From Fimbriimonadaceae bacterium (GTDB lineage: Bacteria; Armatimonadota; Fimbriimonadia; Fimbriimonadales; Fimbriimonadaceae), in the NCBI GenBank assembly GCA_022402505.1, contig JAKRSE010000138.1, forward strand, positions 1 to 25,849: a stretch of DNA of 25,849 nucleotides, written 5' to 3'. Of the stretch, positions 24,517 through 25,849 are shown in pieces (position 1 is the stretch's first letter; each line of letters starts with the position of its first letter). A program made the translations under genes and the position numbers. The notes beneath the pieces are model-generated. The model saw only the letters and a program-made list of their open reading frames with translations, did not search any database and was not told the origin of the DNA.

Positions 24517-25848
24517 TCAGCTTCCCGGCCCGGCCAGCAGGAACCCGTAGGCCGCCGACTGAGGACCGGTCTGCTGGTGGATCGTGAACTCGCTTGCCAG
24601 GGGCGAGCTCCGGTTGCTGAACCAACGCTCCGCCCCCGGCCACTGCCGGATGTCCGGGTGGACCGTCTTGAAGGCCCACTGCTTGTCCCACGCCCCCAGA
24701 CCGCTCGGCTCGCCCTCGATCCGCCACGGTCCATAGGGGGTCAGGCCGGGGTGAAACTCGCCCCGCACGAAGGAGTCCATGTGGAAGATCACTTCGGGAT
24801 GCCGCGGCCCGATGCCCGTGATCCAGGTCATGTTCAGCGGGTTCGCCCCCATGAAGTAGTCGGCCGTCGTCTCGACGGCGGTGTGATAGGCGGCCGCCCG
24901 GGCCGGATCGGACCGCCTGGCAACCCCCCAACCGACGATGGCGGGCAGAGCCCAGGGAGTGGTCTGCTGACCGATGAGCATCGGCATCGAGAAGTTGCCG
25001 CCGAAGCGCATCGCCCGGCGCTCGGCTGTAGCGGTGAAGCTGTCGGCCGCATTGAGGGCCAGCCGGCGGGTCTTGGCATGAATCGCCTGGTCCGGGGTCC
25101 CCTTGCCGCCGGGCAGAGCGTGAAGCATGAGCGCCCAGGCCGGCAGATCCCAGAGAAGCTCGGCATCGGGGATCGGCTGGACGTACCGACCCACCTCGGC
25201 TTCGAAGGCCTTGTCTCCGGTGGCTCGGAAGAGGGCCGCCGCCGCATAGGCTCGGTAGGCCGCCAACCGAGCGCCCCCGACCTCCTTCGCCTCATCGCCC
25301 GGCCGGATGTTCTTCCCCGCCCAGGCATACGACTCCCGGGCCTCCTTGATCCAGTCGACCCCTTCCGGATCACGAACCCCGGCGATCGCCAGAGCCTGGG
25401 CCAGCTGGGCCGCCGCTCCGGCATACTTGAAGGTGCTGAACGGGTCCTCTCCGCTCACCGTGTAGGTTCGGTGGACGTCCTGCCAGCTGCCCAGGCGGAC
25501 GTTGTTCGGGCCGGAGTCGCTGCCGAAGTGGTCGCCACAGACCCGCGAGCCGACCCCGCCCGTGCCCCAGCCCTTCACGATCAGCTCGCGGCGGAGCCGG
25601 TGGTAGAACCTCGGCAGCCAGGCCGCTTCGTCGATCATGTCGGGCACCCGGTTCCCGCTCTCGGGAATGTTCAGGTCGCCGTCCCGGAAGGCCGCCGGCT
25701 TCAGCTCATAGGTGACCAGCATCTCCATCGCGGGCCGAAGGTGGCTCAGATAGCCGTCCCAGTCGCCCGCATCCTGGTACCAGCCCCAGACATCCAGCGG
25801 ACCTCGAAGGCCGGCCTCGATGGCGGGCTTGTCCTCCGGCGCATTGTC
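24517..25848 (-). CDS. Glycoside hydrolase family 9 protein, 5'-truncated by the window edge
   Basis: The frame stays open to the window end and includes GWYQDAGDWD (GH9 DAGD motif) upstream of the track's Met. It also has DYFMGANPLN..WITGIG and EFTIHQ (candidate catalytic Glu). Confidence 0.8.
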   Translation of the reverse strand, partial: DNAPEDKPAIEAGLRGPLDVWGWYQDAGDWDGYLSHLRPAMEMLVTYELKPAAFRDGDLNIPESGNRVPDMIDEAAWLPRFYHRLRRELIVKGWGTGGVGSRVCGDHFGSDSGPNNVRLGSWQDVHRTYTVSGEDPFSTFKYAGAAAQLAQALAIAGVRDPEGVDWIKEARESYAWAGKNIRPGDEAKEVGGARLAAYRAYAAAALFRATGDKAFEAEVGRYVQPIPDAELLWDLPAWALMLHALPGGKGTPDQAIHAKTRRLALNAADSFTATAERRAMRFGGNFSMPMLIGQQTTPWALPAIVGWGVARRSDPARAAAYHTAVETTADYFMGANPLNMTWITGIGPRHPEVIFHMDSFVRGEFHPGLTPYGPWRIEGEPSGLGAWDKQWAFKTVHPDIRQWPGAERWFSNRSSPLASEFTIHQQTGPQSAAYGFLLAGPGS

Positions 25849-25849
25849 C

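Noticed and set aside
504-25728. N-terminal extensions in the supplied ORF track (starts at 663, 1613, 507, 4024, 5010, 4541, 8121, 14086, 16087, 18068, 20921, 22592) and the 25728 start for GH9
   Set aside because: The extensions overlap neighbouring real genes and are low-complexity; downstream starts fit SDs, stop/start overlaps or signal peptides. The GH9 frame continues past 25728 to the window edge.
1-25849. CRISPR array, tRNA, rRNA, transposase, integrase or defence genes
   Set aside because: No regularly spaced repeats, T-loop/CCA cloverleaf or recombinase/nuclease motifs were seen by eye.

Overview
GC-rich bacterial chromosomal window with no transposase, CRISPR array, rRNA or tRNA seen. 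The lineage is possibly Armatimonadota/Fimbriimonadaceae; this is an inference from gene content and very short signal peptides. Left to right: DUF1801-like and VOC genes divergent from an AraC regulator; a multi-TM membrane protein; a structured ~480-bp intergenic region holding a 6S-like ncRNA candidate; two tandem cyclophilins. Next is the main feature, a tightly coupled 11-gene operon of about 10.2 kb (4868-15117): GAF/HD-GYP, pilM-, pilN-, pilO- and gspC/pilP-like genes, secretin, GspE/PilB ATPase, GspF/PilC and three paralogous GspG-like pilins. It mixes type IVa pilus and type II secretion parts. Both of its apparent c-di-GMP modules (HD-GYP active site, MshEN motif) are degenerate. After it come a Fur/Zur regulator, a stand-alone 65-aa basic protein, a YumC-type ferredoxin-NADP reductase, two exported hypotheticals, DUF4127, an alpha/beta hydrolase, ruvA, ruvB, a nitrilase-fold pseudoenzyme candidate, a nucleoside hydrolase and the truncated 3' part of a GH9 glycoside hydrolase. 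All family calls come from motif recognition by eye; no searches or folding programs were run. Several start codons were moved from the supplied ORF track.
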